The notes: generated from the letters alone by a model not told the origin. 64,000 bases of DNA from Vicinamibacteria bacterium (GCA_963422395.1 OY729431.1:2080001-2144000), one strand, 5' to 3'; shown: positions 27,018-37,372, counted from the first letter of the stretch. Numbers and translations: made by a program.

Positions 27018-27709
27018 AGCGGACCTTCGGCATCGGCGCGCTCCTCGTTCTGGTGGCGGCGGCGGCGTTCCTCTGGTTACCCGTCGGGGAGTGGATCGAG
27101 GCGGGGGCCGGGCGCGCCCAGGGGATGGGCGCCTCCGGCATCCTGTTCTTCGCCGCGCTCTACGCGGTCGCCACCGTCTTCGCGATCCCGGGCTCGGCGC
27201 TCACCCTGATCGCCGGAGGCGCTTTCGGTTTCGCCGAAGGAACCCTCGCGGTCTGGACCGGCGCCGTCGCCGGGCTCTCGCTCGCCTTCCTCGCCGCCCG
27301 GCATCTCGCCCGCGACCGGGTAGCCCGCTGGCTCGCCGCCAAGCCGCCCTTCGCCGCAGTGGACCGCGCAGTGGCCGCGGAGGGGGGGAAGATCGTCCTC
27401 CTCACCCGGCTCACCCCGGTCTTCCCCTTCACCCTGCTGAACTACGCCTACGGACTGACCGGAGTGAAGTTCTCCTCCTATCTGTTCGCCTCTGCCGGCG
27501 GCATCCTCCCCGGCACCTCGTTCTACCTCTACCTCGGGAGCAGCGCGGCGCGGACGGTCTCCGGCCAGGCGGAAACTCTCGAACTCCTGCTGCGCCTCGG
27601 CGGTCTGACCGCCTTCTCGCTGGTGACCATCCTGATCACCCGGATCGCCCGGAAGGCGCTTCGGGAAGCGGGCGTGGGGCCGAATGTCGAGTCCGGGGCC
27701 GGGTCCTGA
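27014..27709 (+). CDS. TVP38/TMEM64 (DedA/SNARE-associated) membrane protein
   Basis: IPGSALTLIAG..FG and LTRLTPVFPFTLLNYAYG motifs. ATGA overlap with the reductase gene. Confidence 0.88.
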   Translation: MKRTFGIGALLVLVAAAAFLWLPVGEWIEAGAGRAQGMGASGILFFAALYAVATVFAIPGSALTLIAGGAFGFAEGTLAVWTGAVAGLSLAFLAARHLARDRVARWLAAKPPFAAVDRAVAAEGGKIVLLTRLTPVFPFTLLNYAYGLTGVKFSSYLFASAGGILPGTSFYLYLGSSAARTVSGQAETLELLLRLGGLTAFSLVTILITRIARKALREAGVGPNVESGAGS

Positions 27710-27713
27710 CGCG

Positions 27714-30485
27714 ATGACCCTCGCAAGGCGATCCCTGATCGTCGTCTCGGCGCTCCTGCTCGTCAACGCCGGCTACCTCATCGCGGCCCGCGGAGCGAAC
27801 CTCTTCCACGCCGCGCAGATCCTGCTGCACCCGGTGCTCGGGATCGCGGCGCTGAAACTGGTCTTCTGGTCGTGGAAGGCCCTCGGGCCGGCGCTCCGCC
27901 GCAACCCGCTCCGCCGCTGGTTCCTGGCTTCCGGCGGTCTTTCGGCCCTCACCGGCCTCGGACTCCTGATCTTCGGCTCTTCGCCGGCCACCCGGCCCCT
28001 GCTGGCCCTCCACCTCGCCGCCGCTGCCGGGCTCGCGGCACTGCTCGCCCGCAGGCGCCTCCTGGCCGCGCCGCTGCTGCTCGGCGCGGCGATCGCAGCG
28101 GGAGGATTGGTTCGACCTCTCCTGCCCGACCCGGGGCCGGCGCTGAACGCCGGACTCCCTCCGGCGGAGATGGCCGGCGAAGCGATGGGGGGCGCCGACG
28201 GGCCGTTCTTCCCCTCGGCGGCGGAAACCGGGCACGGCGGGCTCATCCCCGAGGAGTTCTTCCTCGGAAGCGGCGAGTGCGGGCGCTGCCACGGCGACAT
28301 CACCACCCAGTGGAGCGAATCGGCACATCGCTTCTCCTCCTTCGACAATCCCTGGTACCGGCGCTCCATCGAGTACATGCAGAGCGTGGTGGGGGTCACC
28401 CCGTCCAAGTGGTGCGCCGGCTGCCACGACCACGCCGTGCTCTTCAGCGGCCTCATGGACCAGCCGCTGGCCGAGATCGTGGACCGCCCATCGGCGAGCG
28501 CCGGACTCGGCTGCGTCTCCTGCCACGCGATCACCCAGGTGAAGGACACCATGGGAAACGCCGGCTTCGTCATCGAGTACCCCGCGATGCACGACCTCGC
28601 CGTTTCCGAGGACCCGTTGCTGCGGACGCTCCACGACCTCGTGATCCACCTCGACCCCGAACCCCACCGGCAGGCCTTTCTGAAGCCGCTCCACACCGGC
28701 GACAGCTCGGCCTTCTGCTCCACCTGCCACAAGGTGCACCTCGACCGGCCGGTGAACGACTACCGCTGGCTGCGCGGCTTCAACAGCTACGACAACTGGC
28801 AGGCGAGCGGGGTCTCGGGCGAGGGCGCCCGCTCGTTCTACTACCCCGAGACGCCGAAGACCTGCGCCGACTGCCACATGCCGCCGGTGGCGGGAGAGGA
28901 TCCGGCCGCCCGGAACGGACTCCTTCGCTCCCATCGCTTCGCCGCCGCGAACACGGCACTCCCGACCCACTTCGGGCTCGACGAGCAGCTCGAAGCGGTC
29001 CGGGACTTCCTCCGCGCCGGACAGGTGACGGTGGACATCTTCGGCCTCGTACGCGAAGACGAGGGAGAAGCCGCCGGCTCGGAAACGATTCCCGGCGGTG
29101 CGGACCCGCTGGCGCTCGCCTCGACCTTCGCGGTGGGAGAAGAAGCGGCGCCGGCGCCCGGGCGCTACTCCCCTGCGCGGCCGCTCGGCGAGCTGAGCGC
29201 GCCGCTCGACGAAGTCCTCCCCGCTCTGGTGCCCGGCGAAACGGTGCGGGTGGAGGTCGTGGTGCGCACCCGGAATGTGGGGCATTTCTTCCCGAGCGGC
29301 ACGGTGGACGCCCACGATGTCTGGGTGGAGTTCCGCGCCGAGGACGCCGCCGGGCGGCCCTTCTTCTGGAGTGGGTTCACCGGCGAGGACGGCGAAACCT
29401 CGGACGCCGCGGTGGAACCCTCGGCCCACTTCTTCCGCTCGCTCCTGCTCGACGCCCGGGGAAACCCGATCGACAAGCGAAACGCCTGGGCCGCGCGCAG
29501 TGCGCTCTACATCTCCCAGATCCCCCCCGGTGCCGCCCACACGATCCGCTACCGCCTGGAGGTCCCCGACGAGGTCCAGGGGCCGGTGACCCTGACCGCC
29601 CGGCTGAACTACCGGAAGTTCGACTGGCGGCACACCCAGTGGACATTCCGCGGCCAGCTCGGGGAAGGCGAGGTCGCCGCTGCATACGACGATCGCGAAG
29701 TCCGCTTCGACGAAGCGGTAAAAGCCCCCGAGGTGCCGATCGTCGAGATGGCGGCCGCCTCGCTGCAGCTTCCGGTGGCAGTAGCTGCTGCTGCCGCTGC
29801 GGAACCGCCGCCGGGAGACCTCTCCCGGGCGCTCCGCTTCAACGATTACGGCATCGGCATGCTGCTCCAGGGCGATCTCCGGGCGGCGGAGGCAGCGTTT
29901 TCCACCGTGGCCCGGCTCGCTCCCGAATACCCGGACGCCCCGGTCAACCTCGCCCGGGTCCGACTTCGGGAGGGCGATCCCGAGGGTGCCCTGGAGGCGG
30001 TCGAAGCCGCGCTCGCGCTCGCACCCGGCCTGCCCCGGGCACTGTTCTTCCGGGCGATGGCGAAAAAGGCGCTCGGCCGCTACGACGAGGCGCTCGCCGA
30101 CCTCGCGGCGGTACAGCAGATCCATCCGCGGGACCGGGTGGTGAACAACCAGGTGGGCCGGCTGCTGTTCCTGAAACGCGACTACGCCGAAGCGGCGGCG
30201 GCGCTCGAAGAAACGCTCGCCATCGATCCCGAGGATCTCGAAGCCCACTACAACCTGATGCTCGCCTTCCAGGGGCTCGCCGATCCCGAGCGGGCGGCGC
30301 GCCACCGGACGCTCTATCTGCGGTTCAAGGCCGACGAATCCGCCCAGTTCGTAACCGGTGCATACCGGAGGACCCATCCCGAGGACAACAACGAGCGCCT
30401 CGCCATCCACGAACACCGAAACGCGCTTCGCGCCGCCGGGAAGGAATCTCCCGGGGGCGAATTCTCCGAAAACGGATCTCGATGA
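27714..30485 (+). CDS. Membrane-anchored pentaheme c-type cytochrome with C-terminal TPRs
   Basis: N-terminal TM helices, five CxxCH motifs (CGRCH, CAGCH, CVSCH, CSTCH, CADCH), NVGHFFPSG motif, TPR array. Confidence 0.85.
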   Translation: MTLARRSLIVVSALLLVNAGYLIAARGANLFHAAQILLHPVLGIAALKLVFWSWKALGPALRRNPLRRWFLASGGLSALTGLGLLIFGSSPATRPLLALHLAAAAGLAALLARRRLLAAPLLLGAAIAAGGLVRPLLPDPGPALNAGLPPAEMAGEAMGGADGPFFPSAAETGHGGLIPEEFFLGSGECGRCHGDITTQWSESAHRFSSFDNPWYRRSIEYMQSVVGVTPSKWCAGCHDHAVLFSGLMDQPLAEIVDRPSASAGLGCVSCHAITQVKDTMGNAGFVIEYPAMHDLAVSEDPLLRTLHDLVIHLDPEPHRQAFLKPLHTGDSSAFCSTCHKVHLDRPVNDYRWLRGFNSYDNWQASGVSGEGARSFYYPETPKTCADCHMPPVAGEDPAARNGLLRSHRFAAANTALPTHFGLDEQLEAVRDFLRAGQVTVDIFGLVREDEGEAAGSETIPGGADPLALASTFAVGEEAAPAPGRYSPARPLGELSAPLDEVLPALVPGETVRVEVVVRTRNVGHFFPSGTVDAHDVWVEFRAEDAAGRPFFWSGFTGEDGETSDAAVEPSAHFFRSLLLDARGNPIDKRNAWAARSALYISQIPPGAAHTIRYRLEVPDEVQGPVTLTARLNYRKFDWRHTQWTFRGQLGEGEVAAAYDDREVRFDEAVKAPEVPIVEMAAASLQLPVAVAAAAAAEPPPGDLSRALRFNDYGIGMLLQGDLRAAEAAFSTVARLAPEYPDAPVNLARVRLREGDPEGALEAVEAALALAPGLPRALFFRAMAKKALGRYDEALADLAAVQQIHPRDRVVNNQVGRLLFLKRDYAEAAAALEETLAIDPEDLEAHYNLMLAFQGLADPERAARHRTLYLRFKADESAQFVTGAYRRTHPEDNNERLAIHEHRNALRAAGKESPGGEFSENGSR

Positions 30486-30690
30486 CCTCCCGCAGCGGTT
30501 CGGGCCTCTTCGAACGGGCATTTCGCGTCCCCTGCTGAAGACCTCGATTCCAGCTCGCCGGCCACCCGGCGCTGCCTCGGTCGGAGGCCGCCCCGTTCCC
30601 GCAGGTGGACACGAACTCCACCCTCTACTACCCCTGTCTCCCGTGAAGAGCCCGGGGGAGCGTCGTTCCGAGGGAAGTCCGAATTCTGAT

Positions 30691-30699
30691 TGCTAGGAT
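30691..30699 (+). promoter_or_regulatory. Putative extended -10 element TGcTAGGAT
   Basis: TGnTAnnnT in an AT-richer intergenic patch upstream of the ASPIC/UnbV gene. Confidence 0.4.
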
Positions 30700-30740
30700 A
30701 GAAGTCCTGCTGATGGAATTCGCGCGTCGTTTCGGACTCG

Positions 30741-32645
30741 ATGCACGAGTGGAACTCGAAGGAGGATGAGATCGCCTGGCGTAGCAGCCTGTGGATAAAG
30801 TGGCGCGAGCCCCAAGATCGGGGAGGCGCCCGGCGGACGAGGCGCGATTCGGGAGGCATACCGGGAGTATTCCGACGGAATCGCAACGCCGAGCCAAGCG
30901 TTCAGGCGGGGCCCCCACCGGGAGGACTGGGCATCGCCGACCTTTGGCCGTGTGACTTCGTCCTCAGGCTGCTAGCCTTTGACCCGCGCACCGGGACGCT
31001 GTTCGCCGGGGCGCTGTTCGCCGGATTCGCCCTCATCGCCGAAGGCGCGGCGGACGGACCGCGGTTCGTGGAGGTGACCGAGGCCGCCGGCATCCGTTTC
31101 CTCCACGAAAACGGCGCTTTCGGCGACAAGTACCTGCCGGAGACGATGGGCAGCGGAGTCGCCTTCTTCGACGCCGACGGCGACGGCGACCAGGATCTCC
31201 TCTTCGTGAACAGCCGCCGCTGGCCGGATCGCCGCGAGGGCCCCGCCCCCACCGCCGCGCTCTACCGGAACCGAGGCGACGGCACCTTCGAGGACGCCAC
31301 CGCAGGCTCCGGGCTCGACCTCCCGCTCTACGGCATCGGAGCGGCCATCGCCGACTACGACGGCGACGGCGACCAGGATGTCTATCTGGCGGTGCTCGGG
31401 CCCAACCGGCTGCTCGAGAACGACGGCGGCGGGGCGTTTCGGGAAGCGCCGGCATCGGCATCGGTGGCTCACCCCGGCTTTTCCAGCGGGGCGACCTGGT
31501 TCGACGCCGACGCCGACGGCGATCTGGACCTGTTCGTCCTGAACTATGTCGAGTGGTCCATCGAGGCGGACATCTTCTGCGCCCTCGACGGCGTGCACAA
31601 GAGTTACTGCACCCCGGAGTCCTACGACGGAGCGAGCGCCGCGCTCTACCGGAACGACGGTGCGAACGGCTTCACCGACATCACCGAAGCCGCCGGGCTC
31701 TTCGAGCCGCGCGGCAAGGGTCTCGGGGTGGCGGCGTTCGACTTCGACGACGACGGGCTCCCCGACCTCGCGGTCGCCAACGACACCCAACCCAACTACC
31801 TCTATCGGAACCTCGGAGGCGGGCGGTTCGAGGATGTCGGGGTGCTCGCCGGAATCGCCTTCGCCGAGAACGGAGCTGCGCGCGGAGCGATGGGAATCGA
31901 TGCCTCGGACTACGACGGGGACGGCTGGCCGGACCTCGTGATCGGCAACTTCTCGAACGAGATGGTGTCGCTCTACCACAACGAGGGCGTCGGTTTCTTC
32001 ATCGACCAGGCGCCGGTGTCCGAGATCGGCCGGAACAGCCTGCTCACCCTGGCCTTCGGCGCGTTCTTCTTCGACTACGACCTCGACGGGCGCCAGGATC
32101 TCTTCCTGGCGAACGGCCATGTCGAGAACGAGATCGCCGGAGTCCAGCAGCGGGTCCGCTACCAGCAGCCCCCGCACCTCTTCCGCAACCGGGGCGGCGG
32201 CCGCTTCGTCGAAGTGACCGCGGACTCCCCCGACCTCGCCCGCCCGATGGTCGGCCGGGGTGCAGCCTTCGCGGACATCGACGGCGACGGCGATCTCGAT
32301 CTCGCGGTGAGCGAAAACGGCGGTGCGGCGCGGCTCTTCCGCAACGAGGGCGGAGAACGGAGCGGGTGGGTTGGTTTCCGGCTGCGCGGGCGGAATTCGA
32401 ACCGCGACGGAATCGGTGCGAAGATCACCATCGCCATCGAGGACCGCGGCATGACCCGTACCGAGACCCGTTTCGTGAAGAGCGCCACTGGATACGCATC
32501 CCAGAACCAGCTCGAAGTGGTGGTCGGCCTCGGCCCTGCCGGCCGAGCCGTCTCCGCCGCCGTGATCTGGCCCTCGGGCGCCCGGAGCGAGATCGAGTCC
32601 CCGGAGCCGCGCCGCATCCTGCTCGTCGAGGAGCCCGGACGATGA
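30741..32645 (+). CDS. CRTAC1/ASPIC-UnbV family protein with FG-GAP (VCBS) repeats
   Basis: Repeated DxDGDGDxDL motifs, LYRN.G.G.F, NRDGIGAKI and GYASQN. The 5' end is interrupted by a family A element. Confidence 0.88.
   Translation: MHEWNSKEDEIAWRSSLWIKWREPQDRGGARRTRRDSGGIPGVFRRNRNAEPSVQAGPPPGGLGIADLWPCDFVLRLLAFDPRTGTLFAGALFAGFALIAEGAADGPRFVEVTEAAGIRFLHENGAFGDKYLPETMGSGVAFFDADGDGDQDLLFVNSRRWPDRREGPAPTAALYRNRGDGTFEDATAGSGLDLPLYGIGAAIADYDGDGDQDVYLAVLGPNRLLENDGGGAFREAPASASVAHPGFSSGATWFDADADGDLDLFVLNYVEWSIEADIFCALDGVHKSYCTPESYDGASAALYRNDGANGFTDITEAAGLFEPRGKGLGVAAFDFDDDGLPDLAVANDTQPNYLYRNLGGGRFEDVGVLAGIAFAENGAARGAMGIDASDYDGDGWPDLVIGNFSNEMVSLYHNEGVGFFIDQAPVSEIGRNSLLTLAFGAFFFDYDLDGRQDLFLANGHVENEIAGVQQRVRYQQPPHLFRNRGGGRFVEVTADSPDLARPMVGRGAAFADIDGDGDLDLAVSENGGAARLFRNEGGERSGWVGFRLRGRNSNRDGIGAKITIAIEDRGMTRTETRFVKSATGYASQNQLEVVVGLGPAGRAVSAAVIWPSGARSEIESPEPRRILLVEEPGR
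30785..30971 (+). mobile_element. MITE family A, full copy (187 bp)
   Basis: TIRs CAGCCTGTGGATAAAGT / ACTTCGTCCTCAGGCTG, flanked by GTAG and CTAG. Confidence 0.85.
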
Positions 32646-34666
32646 GGACGGGAGCCTTTCCGAAGTCGGGGGTGCTCTCGACCGGGACAGGCTTCGGGGC
32701 ACTGCTGGCCCTCTTCGCGGTCTCGGCGGGAGGCGCCGCCCCCCGAGCCCAGACCGCACCGCCGCCGCTCGCCGAGCAGTCGGCGATGATGGTGGGTTCC
32801 GGCGAGTGCCTCCTCTGCCACGAGCCGGCACACGAGGCGTGGACCTCCTCCCGTCACTCCAAGATGGTGCAGCCGGCGATTCCCGGGGCGGTCCTGGGCG
32901 ATTTCTCGGTGGAGCAGCTCACCCTGCGGGGTCAGGACTACCGAGTGCGCCGCACCGGTCCGAAGTACTTCATCACCGAGTCCTTCTTCACCGGCGAGCC
33001 AACCGAGCACTCCGTGGAATACACGCTCGGCAACCGCCGCATCCAGCACTACCTCACCACCCTCGAAGACGGGCGGGTCATCGTGCTGCCGCCGACCTGG
33101 GATGTGCTGCGCCGCCAGTGGTTCCACAACCTGGAGATCGCCGCTCCCGACCAGCGGGAGGGCATCGTTCCCGTCCAGCTCTGGAACAAGAACTGTTTCG
33201 GCTGCCATGTGAGCGACCAGGTCAAGGGCTTCCGCCCGGCCGAGGACCGCTACGACACCACCTGGCTCGACTTCGGCACCACCTGCGAGCGCTGCCACGG
33301 CCCCGGCAGCCGCCATGTGGACAAGTACCGGAACCTCGATGCCTACGGGGACGACCCCGAGACCCACATCGTTCAGCAGACCCGGCTCGACTCCGAGCGG
33401 AACTCCATGGTCTGCGCCCAGTGCCACTCCTTCCGCGACCAGATGGCCTTCGGATTCGCCGCCGGGGACGACTACTTCGATTTCTTCTTCCCGCTGCTGG
33501 AGTACACCCAGGAGCCGTCCGAAGACCCGACCTGGTACCTGGACGGCAAGACCCGGCGCTTCTCCACGAACGCCCTCGGCATCTGGCAGAGCGAGTGCTT
33601 CGTGGTCGGGGGCGCGACCTGCACCGGCTGCCACACCGACCCGCACAGGCCTGACATCGAACGGAACGAACAACTCCAGCCGACGAACAACGCCCTCTGC
33701 ACCGGCTGCCACCCAGCGATCGGTGCGAACCTCGCCGCCCACACCTTCCACGCCGCGGACTCGGCCGGCAGCTCTTGCGTGGAGTGCCACATGCCCCGAA
33801 GCGTGACCAGCATCCGGGCCACGATGCGCGACCACAGCATCTCCATTCCCTCGCCGGCGAACACCGCCCGCTTCGGGATCCCGAACGGGTGCAACGGATG
33901 CCACGCCGCCGAAACCCCCGAGTGGGCGGCGGCGCGCATGGACGAGTGGTGGGGCGGCACTCCGCGCCGCCGGAAGATCGAGCGGCGGGCGGCGGCCTAC
34001 GAGGGAGCGCGGAGGCTTTCCCGGGAAGCTCTCGACGGCCTGCTCGCCATCGCCGCCGACGATGGGGAAGGGCCGGTCAACCGGGCGAACGCCGCCGGCC
34101 ATCTCGGACGGTACCTCGCTGCCCCGGCCACCCGGGACGCCGCTGCTTCGGCGCTGGTCGCCGCCGCTTCGGACCCCCACCCGCTGGTGCGGGCGGTGGC
34201 TTCCCTGAAACTCGGCGAGACCGGCGACCCGAACGCGCCGGCAGTCCGGGAGACACTCCTGGAACGGGTCCAGGACGAACGGCGGACGGTGCGGATGAAC
34301 GCGGCCATCTCCCTGCTGAACCTCGGCGTGCGGGAACTTCCCGGAGAGGCGGGCGGGAGCTTCGAACTCGCGAAGAGGCTCCACGGAATCCGAGGCGGCT
34401 TCTTCGCCGACGACGCTCCGCAGCAGCTGAACCTCGGACGGCTCCATGTGCTCGACGGCAACCCGGCGGCGGCGCAGCGCGCTTTCGAGCAGAGTTACCG
34501 CATCGACCCCGACCAGCCCGGCATCCGCTTCTTCATGGCGGTGACCCGGCTCTCCCAGCAGCGGTTCCCCGAAGCCCGGATGTTGCTTCAGTCGATTCCG
34601 CCGGAGGATCCCTTCGCCCAGGAAGCGGCGAACCTGCTCCGCCAGCTCGACCCTCCCGGAAACTAG
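32642..34666 (+). CDS. Octaheme c-type cytochrome with HEAT and TPR repeats
   Basis: ATG overlaps the upstream stop. Signal peptide, eight CxxCH motifs, HEAT (DPHPLVRAVA) and TPR tail. Confidence 0.85.
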   Translation: MRTGAFPKSGVLSTGTGFGALLALFAVSAGGAAPRAQTAPPPLAEQSAMMVGSGECLLCHEPAHEAWTSSRHSKMVQPAIPGAVLGDFSVEQLTLRGQDYRVRRTGPKYFITESFFTGEPTEHSVEYTLGNRRIQHYLTTLEDGRVIVLPPTWDVLRRQWFHNLEIAAPDQREGIVPVQLWNKNCFGCHVSDQVKGFRPAEDRYDTTWLDFGTTCERCHGPGSRHVDKYRNLDAYGDDPETHIVQQTRLDSERNSMVCAQCHSFRDQMAFGFAAGDDYFDFFFPLLEYTQEPSEDPTWYLDGKTRRFSTNALGIWQSECFVVGGATCTGCHTDPHRPDIERNEQLQPTNNALCTGCHPAIGANLAAHTFHAADSAGSSCVECHMPRSVTSIRATMRDHSISIPSPANTARFGIPNGCNGCHAAETPEWAAARMDEWWGGTPRRRKIERRAAAYEGARRLSREALDGLLAIAADDGEGPVNRANAAGHLGRYLAAPATRDAAASALVAAASDPHPLVRAVASLKLGETGDPNAPAVRETLLERVQDERRTVRMNAAISLLNLGVRELPGEAGGSFELAKRLHGIRGGFFADDAPQQLNLGRLHVLDGNPAAAQRAFEQSYRIDPDQPGIRFFMAVTRLSQQRFPEARMLLQSIPPEDPFAQEAANLLRQLDPPGN

Positions 34667-34818
34667 CTAGCAGGAGTCCGGGAGAGGAAGCGGCGCGAAC
34701 GCGAGCAGAACGGCCAGCCGAGGCTCTACCCCCGGCTGGCTATCCCCCGACCAGGCCCGGGCGGAGCTGGCCGGCCGGCCGGATAGCCGGAGTCGAAACC
34801 GGCCTCACGCGGAGCCGA

Positions 34819-36489
34819 TCAGCGGGGGCGCCGCCCCGGTTTCGGAAAGTCGTGATCGGCAGCGTCCTCGAGGAAGAGCGGCATGGGCGGCGGCGGGAGA
34901 CCCTGCTCGGCGCGAGCGGCGCGAACCGTCTCGCGGACATCGGACAGCAGCTTCCGGGCGTCGTACACGATTCCGTCCTTGACGGTGTAACGGATCGAGC
35001 CGATCCGTTCGGTCCGGCCGGTTTCATGGTTCAGCCGGATCGTGCCGCTGCCGTACAGCACTTTCAGGTTCTGTAACGGGTTTTCTTCGAGCACCACGAA
35101 GTCAGCGAGTTTTTCCTCCTCGACGGACCCCAGCCGATCGTCGAGACCGAGAACTTCGGCTCCGCTCAGCGTGGCGGCCCGGATCACCTCCAGCGGATGG
35201 AATCCGGCCTCCTGCATCAGCTCCAGCTCCTGGACGAAACCGAATCCGTAGAGGTTGAAGGTGTATCCCGAATCACTACCGACCGCCACCCGGCCGCCGC
35301 GGTTCTTGAACTCGTTCACGAAGGCCATCCAGAGGCGGTAGTTCTCCTTCCAGTCGAGTTCTACCTGGGTGGTCCAGTCGAAGAAATAGGACGCATGGTT
35401 CTCGGCGTTGGGCCGGTAGAACTCCCACAGGCTCGGATGGGTATAGACCGAGTGCCATTCGTTCCGCTGCTGGCGCATCAGATCGCGGGTGCCGATGTAG
35501 GCGACCCAGGTCGGATGGATGGAGAAGTCGAGTTCGATCAGCTCGTTCATCACTTCGTTCCAGTGCTCGGAAAACGGCGCCGCCGCCTGCGCCCAGAGCC
35601 GGCCGGCCTCTCCGAAACGGTGGTACTCGTTGTTGTAGTTGTAATCCGCCGGATAGTGCTGGATCCGCCGGTCGGTGAAAAGCGCCTCGGGCAACCCGTA
35701 CCAGTGGGTCATCGAGGTGAGCCCGGCGCGGGCGGTGTCGAGCGCGTTCATCCCCACCACATCGAGTTGCGCGTGGTGGGCGGTGCTGCGGAGCTCCTGG
35801 GTCGATGCTTCGTCGAGCGCGGCGCGGAAGATCCGCGGCTGCGCGCCGAAGAATTTGATCCCGTCGGCGCCCTGTTCCTTGACCCATCGAACCCAGCGGC
35901 GCGCGGCCTCGGGATTCGTCACCGGCTCCTCGCCATCGCGACCGAACACCACGAACGCCTGGATGCGCGGAGAGGTGATCTCGTTGTTCCAGGCACGGCG
36001 CTTGTGGTGGAGGAGCCAGCGGGTGTTGAAGTTCCCGAGGTCGCCGCCGGTGGTGATCCCGTGGCCCATCCAGAGCTTGTGGATGTACTCGGTCGGCACC
36101 CCCTGCCCCGCGCCCTCGTTGTGCTGGTGCAAGTGCATGTCGATGAACCCGGGCAACAGATAGTGGCCGGAGAGGTCCAGCTCGTGGTCTCCCGGCTCTG
36201 CCTTCGGGCGGTCTTCTTCGCGGATCGGGGTCACCGGGGTCCCCACCACCCGGATCGTCCGGATGATGTTCTTCTCGACGATGATGTCCACCGGGCCGTA
36301 CGGCGGCGCGCCGGTGCCGTCGATGACGGTCACCCCCCGCAAGATCAGCCGGTCCCAGGGACCTTCCCCATCGGTGCGGACGGGGACTGGATACGGAATG
36401 TCCTCCTGCGCCGCGAGCGGCGCGGCGAGCACCACCCCCGCGCACAGGGCGACGACCAGTGGAAAGACGCGATTGCTGGGAAAGCTCAT
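34819..36489 (-). CDS. Secreted amidohydrolase family protein
   Basis: VTVIDGTG, LLPGFIDMHLH, GADGIK, AVGSD, VIRAATLSGA and KLADFVVL motifs. Confidence 0.85.
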   Translation of the reverse strand: MSFPSNRVFPLVVALCAGVVLAAPLAAQEDIPYPVPVRTDGEGPWDRLILRGVTVIDGTGAPPYGPVDIIVEKNIIRTIRVVGTPVTPIREEDRPKAEPGDHELDLSGHYLLPGFIDMHLHQHNEGAGQGVPTEYIHKLWMGHGITTGGDLGNFNTRWLLHHKRRAWNNEITSPRIQAFVVFGRDGEEPVTNPEAARRWVRWVKEQGADGIKFFGAQPRIFRAALDEASTQELRSTAHHAQLDVVGMNALDTARAGLTSMTHWYGLPEALFTDRRIQHYPADYNYNNEYHRFGEAGRLWAQAAAPFSEHWNEVMNELIELDFSIHPTWVAYIGTRDLMRQQRNEWHSVYTHPSLWEFYRPNAENHASYFFDWTTQVELDWKENYRLWMAFVNEFKNRGGRVAVGSDSGYTFNLYGFGFVQELELMQEAGFHPLEVIRAATLSGAEVLGLDDRLGSVEEEKLADFVVLEENPLQNLKVLYGSGTIRLNHETGRTERIGSIRYTVKDGIVYDARKLLSDVRETVRAARAEQGLPPPPMPLFLEDAADHDFPKPGRRPR

Positions 36490-36583
36490 GGGGTCAGGAT
36501 CCTCCGAAGCAGGCCAGTATCCCACAGCAGCCCGCGGCCGAGCTCGGAGCGCATCGCGATGCGGGGCCCTTCCCCGCGCCCGC

Positions 36584-37372
36584 TCAACCGGCGATGCGGT
36601 CCAGACGAAGGCGGTGGCGGTCGTCGAAGAGCCGCTTCGAGACCACCCGGACCGCAGCGAGCACTCCGAATCCGGTGCCGGCGGCGATCAGCAGCAGGAT
36701 CAGGATCTGATAGCGGACCGCCTCCCCGACCGGGGCTCCGGCGAGGATCTGCCCGGTCATCATCCCCGGCAGGCTCACCACCCCTGCAGCCGCCATGGCG
36801 TTGAAGATCGGGATCAACCCCGCCCGGACGCTCTCCCGGGTGATTCCGGAAACGGCCTCTTCGCGCGATTCGCCGAGGGCGAGGCGCTGCTCGATCACTT
36901 CCCGGCGGCGCACGACGGATTCGGTGAACCGTTCCATCGAGAGGGACACCCCGTTCATGGTGTTTCCGAGCAGCATTCCGAGGAACGGAATCGCGAACCG
37001 GGGCGCCCACCAGGGTTCGGGCTCGAGCAACACCCACAGCGCGAAGCCCGTGAACAGGAAGGACGAAAGGAACAGGGCCGCCGCCCCCACCAGATACCCC
37101 CAGCGTCCCGCGAGCGGGCGCTCCTGACGGCTCTTCACTTCGTAGGCGGCGACACCGAGCATCGAAAGCGCCAGGAACGCCACCAGGAGCGGCTGTCCGG
37201 AGCCGAACACGAACCGCAGCACGAGTCCCAACAGGAGGAGCTGGGCCACCGAACGCGACGCCAGCCAGAGAAGCTGGCCCGAAACCCCGAACCGCGCGCG
37301 CCAGTTCGCCGCCGCGAGCAAGACGACGCCGGCGGCGGCCGCGGCCAGGTCGCCGTATCCGAGCGAGATCAT
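36584..37372 (-). CDS. fetB: UPF0014 ABC permease (FetB/YbbM-like)
   Basis: AQLLLLG, IPFLGMLLGN, LALG, GVVSLPGMMTGQILAG and AVRYQI motifs. Confidence 0.85.
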   Translation of the reverse strand: MISLGYGDLAAAAAGVVLLAAANWRARFGVSGQLLWLASRSVAQLLLLGLVLRFVFGSGQPLLVAFLALSMLGVAAYEVKSRQERPLAGRWGYLVGAAALFLSSFLFTGFALWVLLEPEPWWAPRFAIPFLGMLLGNTMNGVSLSMERFTESVVRRREVIEQRLALGESREEAVSGITRESVRAGLIPIFNAMAAAGVVSLPGMMTGQILAGAPVGEAVRYQILILLLIAAGTGFGVLAAVRVVSKRLFDDRHRLRLDRIAG

